Part shown: positions 60,631 to 64,000 of the stretch, piece by piece | Layout of the letters: every line of letters begins with the position of its first letter | Position numbering within the stretch: the first letter of the stretch is position 1 | Source of the DNA: Candidatus Nomurabacteria bacterium | GTDB lineage: Bacteria; Patescibacteriota; Minisyncoccia; Phycocordibacterales; UBA918 | Reading direction: 5' to 3' | Length of the DNA stretch: 64,000 bases | Assembly (NCBI GenBank): GCA_023898585.1 | Contig: CP060229.1 | Span: 662,587-726,586, forward strand | Notes under the pieces: generated by a model | Databases searched by the model: none | The model's input: only the letters and a program-made list of their open reading frames with translations | What the model was told of the DNA's origin: nothing | Position numbers and translations under genes: made by a program

Positions 60631-60987
60631 TTAAAAGAATTTACCAAACCCAATCACTGAAATTACTAAAATGAGAAACATGCTGGCGGTAAGGACAGCC
60701 CCAGCGGCCATGTCTTTGCTGTGTTTTATGTCATCGTGGATTTCGGGATGGAGTCTGTCTAGGGCAATTTCCAGGGCGGAGTTTTGCAGTTCTGTTATCA
60801 GTATCAAAGAATAGGAAAAGGCAATAAAAAGAAACTCATAGGCGGATATTGGTCTGAAGAACGCCAATAAGACAACAGCTATTGCCAAACCCAGATATAT
60901 TTGCGTCCGGTAACCAAAATCATTTACAAAAGCATGAACAATGCCTCTCATCGCGTGGGGAAAACGGTTAAAATATTTTTTTAACAT
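60631..60987 (-). CDS. dgkA: Diacylglycerol/undecaprenol kinase (DgkA family)
   Basis: 118 aa, 3 TM helices, ITELQNSALE motif. Confidence 0.75.
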   Translation of the reverse strand: MLKKYFNRFPHAMRGIVHAFVNDFGYRTQIYLGLAIAVVLLAFFRPISAYEFLFIAFSYSLILITELQNSALEIALDRLHPEIHDDIKHSKDMAAGAVLTASMFLILVISVIGFGKFF

Positions 60988-61110
60988 GTACTTGTATTAT
61001 TGACAGTCATGCATCCGGGCCTTTCAACTTTATGTACACAAATAGCATATCACATCGGTAAGTAATGATATTATGTAAATAATTATAGATCTTCATTCTA
61101 GACAACTATT

Positions 61111-62193
61111 ATGTTTAAAAATTTTACACGAAGAAGATATTATTTACTGGCCAGTTTACTTATTATTATCGCTTCAGGCGTGACTGCTTTTTCTTCATTC
61201 AACAGCTCTGAAAAAGCGGATGAGCAAGTCGGTAAAGGTAGTTTAGTTCTGTACAACTGGGAAGGGTATATGGACATGGAAGTTATTCAGCAGTTCATCG
61301 ACGAAACAGGGATAGAGGTTACTGTTAAAGAATACAATTTAGCTTCAGAGATGTTATCTAACCTTAAAGGTAACCCATCTTCCTACGACATAATAGTAAC
61401 CGATGGTTCCACCGTCTCTACGTTGGTGTTGGAAAGACTGCTTAAACCTCTTGATAAAGAAAAGTTGCCAAACATAAAGTTTCTTAATCGGGATTTTACC
61501 GATCTGTATTATGATCCGGGCAATTCCTATTCCGTACCTTATGTTTGGGGTACGACCGGTCTTGGGGTTAATGCTAGTTATGTATCATCTCCGATAGTGA
61601 GCTGGAACGATTTGCTTGATCCTCAATATGAAGGAAAAATAGGCATTTTTGATGAACCTCTGGAATCGATACTTCCGGTTATGATGTCTCTCGGCCACTC
61701 TATCAACACTCAAGACCCCGAGCATTACAAACAAGCTATGGAGCAAGCAGAACGCTTCAGAGACAATAATGTAGTACTTAGTGATTCGGTCGAGTTGCTC
61801 GATCAACTGGTCGCCGGGGATCTGTGGATTGTTATGGCTTACAATGGCGACCTTATGGCTGTGGCAGAAGAGAATGAAAACATAAACTTTGTAATACCTG
61901 AAGAAGGCTCTGTCAGATGGGTTGATAATTTTGTTGTCTCAAACCAATCTCGTAACGTTGAAAGTGCCCACGTTTTTCTCAACTACATAATGCGTCCTGA
62001 AATAGCAGCTGATATTTCAAGTGAGTTGTACTACGCAACTCCCAATGCCAAGGCGGAAACGTTATTAGATGCAGATTTATTTAGTAACCATATTATTTAT
62101 CCAACGGATGAAACGATGTCCAGACTTGAAGTCCTTCATGAGTTGGAATTACCTTTAAGCGAGTTGAATAAGATTCATAATTTACTGAAGTAA
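61111..62193 (+). CDS. Polyamine (PotD/PotF-like) ABC substrate-binding protein
   Basis: Signal anchor and LVLYNWEGYMD N-terminal motif, 360 aa. Confidence 0.7.
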   Translation: MFKNFTRRRYYLLASLLIIIASGVTAFSSFNSSEKADEQVGKGSLVLYNWEGYMDMEVIQQFIDETGIEVTVKEYNLASEMLSNLKGNPSSYDIIVTDGSTVSTLVLERLLKPLDKEKLPNIKFLNRDFTDLYYDPGNSYSVPYVWGTTGLGVNASYVSSPIVSWNDLLDPQYEGKIGIFDEPLESILPVMMSLGHSINTQDPEHYKQAMEQAERFRDNNVVLSDSVELLDQLVAGDLWIVMAYNGDLMAVAEENENINFVIPEEGSVRWVDNFVVSNQSRNVESAHVFLNYIMRPEIAADISSELYYATPNAKAETLLDADLFSNHIIYPTDETMSRLEVLHELELPLSELNKIHNLLK

Positions 62194-62247
62194 AACAACA
62201 CTTATCACTAATGGTCAATTGTCTAATTATCTTTATAGTACGCGCTT

Positions 62248-63507
62248 ATGCTCAAGACACTTTTACAAAAAATAGTAACTTACTTTTTTTTGGTCATTGT
62301 GATAACTGTAGTCGGGATAGTGACGCTTTCCATGTACGCCACCAGACAGGCTATAATAAAAGAAACTACAAATAACTTGGGTGTAATCGCCAATGAAGTT
62401 AGTCATAATGTTAACGCGATATTATCCGACGGTATAAATGACGCGCGTCTTATATCAGAAAACCCTGTCATACTAAACACTAATTCTTCTGGGTCAGAAA
62501 AAGAGAACGAGCTTCTAAAGTTTAAAAAATTGCTCCGGCGTTATGAGGATATCACCATTATTGATGAAAAAGGTAAAGTCATATCGTCTACCGATTACAA
62601 TTATCGTGAGAGATGGCAGGACAACGTTTGGTACAGGGAGGCGATCAACGGTTATTATACTGCATCAAATGTTCATGTAATCACCAATCCTACCAAATTT
62701 GTCATCAATTTTTTCGCTCCCATTTTTTCAACAGAAGGAATAGTGATTGGTGTCGTATCTCTCCAATTAAACATGGAGTCGATTTGGGATTTGACAGATT
62801 CGGTCCAGATAGGTAAGACCGGAAGGGTAATCGTCCTCGATGAAAAAGAACGTATTATTGCCGATCGCAACAAAGATAGGATACTGAGGGGGACTGAAGA
62901 ACACAGAGGCCATGGTAAACATGCGGTAGACACAACATTCCTTGACTCGATTCTCCAGAGTTACTTAATTAGCTCAGACTCAATAACAATTGAGAACTCG
63001 GTGGTCAGCGTGGGAGATGTGGAATATGATAATTTATTTTCTGGTTGGACAATAATCGCGATCCAAGATGAGCAAGAAGCTCTTTCTTTATTGTCGACAT
63101 ACAGGAGAGACATCTTCATTTTTTCGCTTCTAATATTGCTAGTTACTTTACTAATCAGCCTCAGGTTTGCCAGAAGTATCACAACACCCATTAAGGAGTT
63201 TGTGACGTTTGCGGAATCAGCCGGTAAAGGTTTACTGGATAAAGAAATGTCATCTGCTACTTTAGCAGAAAAAAATGAAATAGGTGACCTTTCACGCGCG
63301 CTTTCAAAAATGGCGCACGATCTTGAGAAATCACAGAAAAGAATCAAGAATTACAGTGATGACCTAGAGAAAATGGTGACAGAGCGAACAAATGACTTAG
63401 AATCCAAAAACCTTGAGTTGGAGAAATTTAACAAAATCGTAATTGGTAGAGAATTAAAAATGATTGAGTTGAAAAATAAAATCAAAGAATTAGAAAGTGG
63501 GCATTAA
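62248..63507 (+). CDS. Membrane sensor with dCache-like periplasmic domain, HAMP and coiled coil, but no output domain
   Basis: TM1 - ~270 aa sensor - TM2 - HAMP (PIKEFVTFAESAGKG...) - heptad coiled coil, then stop. No HisKA/HATPase or MCP domain. Confidence 0.55.
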   Translation: MLKTLLQKIVTYFFLVIVITVVGIVTLSMYATRQAIIKETTNNLGVIANEVSHNVNAILSDGINDARLISENPVILNTNSSGSEKENELLKFKKLLRRYEDITIIDEKGKVISSTDYNYRERWQDNVWYREAINGYYTASNVHVITNPTKFVINFFAPIFSTEGIVIGVVSLQLNMESIWDLTDSVQIGKTGRVIVLDEKERIIADRNKDRILRGTEEHRGHGKHAVDTTFLDSILQSYLISSDSITIENSVVSVGDVEYDNLFSGWTIIAIQDEQEALSLLSTYRRDIFIFSLLILLVTLLISLRFARSITTPIKEFVTFAESAGKGLLDKEMSSATLAEKNEIGDLSRALSKMAHDLEKSQKRIKNYSDDLEKMVTERTNDLESKNLELEKFNKIVIGRELKMIELKNKIKELESGH

Positions 63508-63551
63508 GCCTATAGTGTTTAATGTGTCATTTAACCAAATCATGATTAAAA

Positions 63552-64000
63552 TCATCGGTAATCTTTTTCCGCGTAAACGGAAATAGTTCGGCGCTTGCGC
63601 GCACGACCCTTGAAAGTGTGTTTGTGTGACCGATAGATTTTGTGAACAATAAACTTTTCGCTTAGAAATTTAACCAACTCTTCTTCGGAATACACGTATT
63701 CAGCTACACCCATAACAGGGTGAATATAGCTCCCTTCCTCCTCCCCGGGTCTTTCGTCTATCATTCTAGCAGTGTGAATATCCTTGTCTTTGAGAAAAGT
63801 TTTCATGAAGAAGAATCCGCCCGGCCTTAGTGTGCGATATATTTCGTCACGCAATTTCACTCGTTCATTTTTATTGAGAAAATGTGATGTCATCATGTCC
63901 AAAGCTAGTGCTTGGGATTCGTTGTCTGTTGGTAGAACATCGCCACCACTTTGTATAGAGTATTCGATTTGTAGTCCCAAAGATGACTTCTTAGCTTGAG
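63552..64000 (-). CDS. Class I SAM-dependent methyltransferase, C-terminal part; 5' end beyond the window
   Basis: LRPGGFFFMKTF (post-motif II/III region of the Methyltransf_11 type). Confidence 0.45.
   Translation of the reverse strand, partial: QAKKSSLGLQIEYSIQSGGDVLPTDNESQALALDMMTSHFLNKNERVKLRDEIYRTLRPGGFFFMKTFLKDKDIHTARMIDERPGEEEGSYIHPVMGVAEYVYSEEELVKFLSEKFIVHKIYRSHKHTFKGRARKRRTISVYAEKDYR

Overview
This is a 64 kb, gene-dense, low-GC (~40%) bacterial chromosome segment. The gene content suggests a small-genome lineage, possibly CPR/Patescibacteria-like: a bacterial A/V-type ATP synthase operon, a class I fructose-bisphosphate aldolase, a GH57/GH15 alpha-glucan cluster, many small membrane proteins and weak Shine-Dalgarno sites. 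That lineage assignment is inference, not shown by the sequence.

Recognisable housekeeping genes:
- tRNA and ribosome: hisS, argS, truB, a Cys-less rpmG missed by the ORF track, and a frameshifted prmC.
- Envelope: uppP, mltG, dgkA, a DsbA pair, and a DedA-PAP2 fusion.
- DNA repair: ung, mutM, an AlkD-like enzyme and a DEDD exonuclease.
- Energy: a complete A/V-type ATPase operon in the order H-I-K-E-C-F-A-B-D.
- Transport: an ABC-2 exporter, a P1B heavy-metal ATPase and a PotD-like solute-binding protein.
- Carbohydrate: a glycosyltransferase, GH57, GH15 glucoamylase-like enzyme, class I FBA and aldose epimerase.

The clearest accessory region starts at tRNA-Asn(GTT) at 28455-28526. A large serine recombinase gene overlaps the tRNA 3' end and is followed by about 6.5 kb of small phage-like genes. 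These include a degenerate cold-shock-domain protein, a candidate structured leader RNA, an OLD-family ABC-ATPase/Toprim nuclease translationally coupled to a small 3-TM protein, and a secreted Tyr/Ser-rich cysteine-repeat protein. I read this as a tRNA-integrated element carrying a candidate, possibly uncharacterised, anti-phage defence module.

Other anomalies:
- Two sharply bounded GC-rich (~55-60%) insertions, at 35281-36050 and 43500-44640.
- A circularly permuted DsbA paralog.
- A Nudix-VOC fusion.
- An internally duplicated repeat gene.
- A duplicated 3' fragment of ung.
- A Cache-HAMP sensor with no output domain.

No CRISPR array and no rRNA were found.
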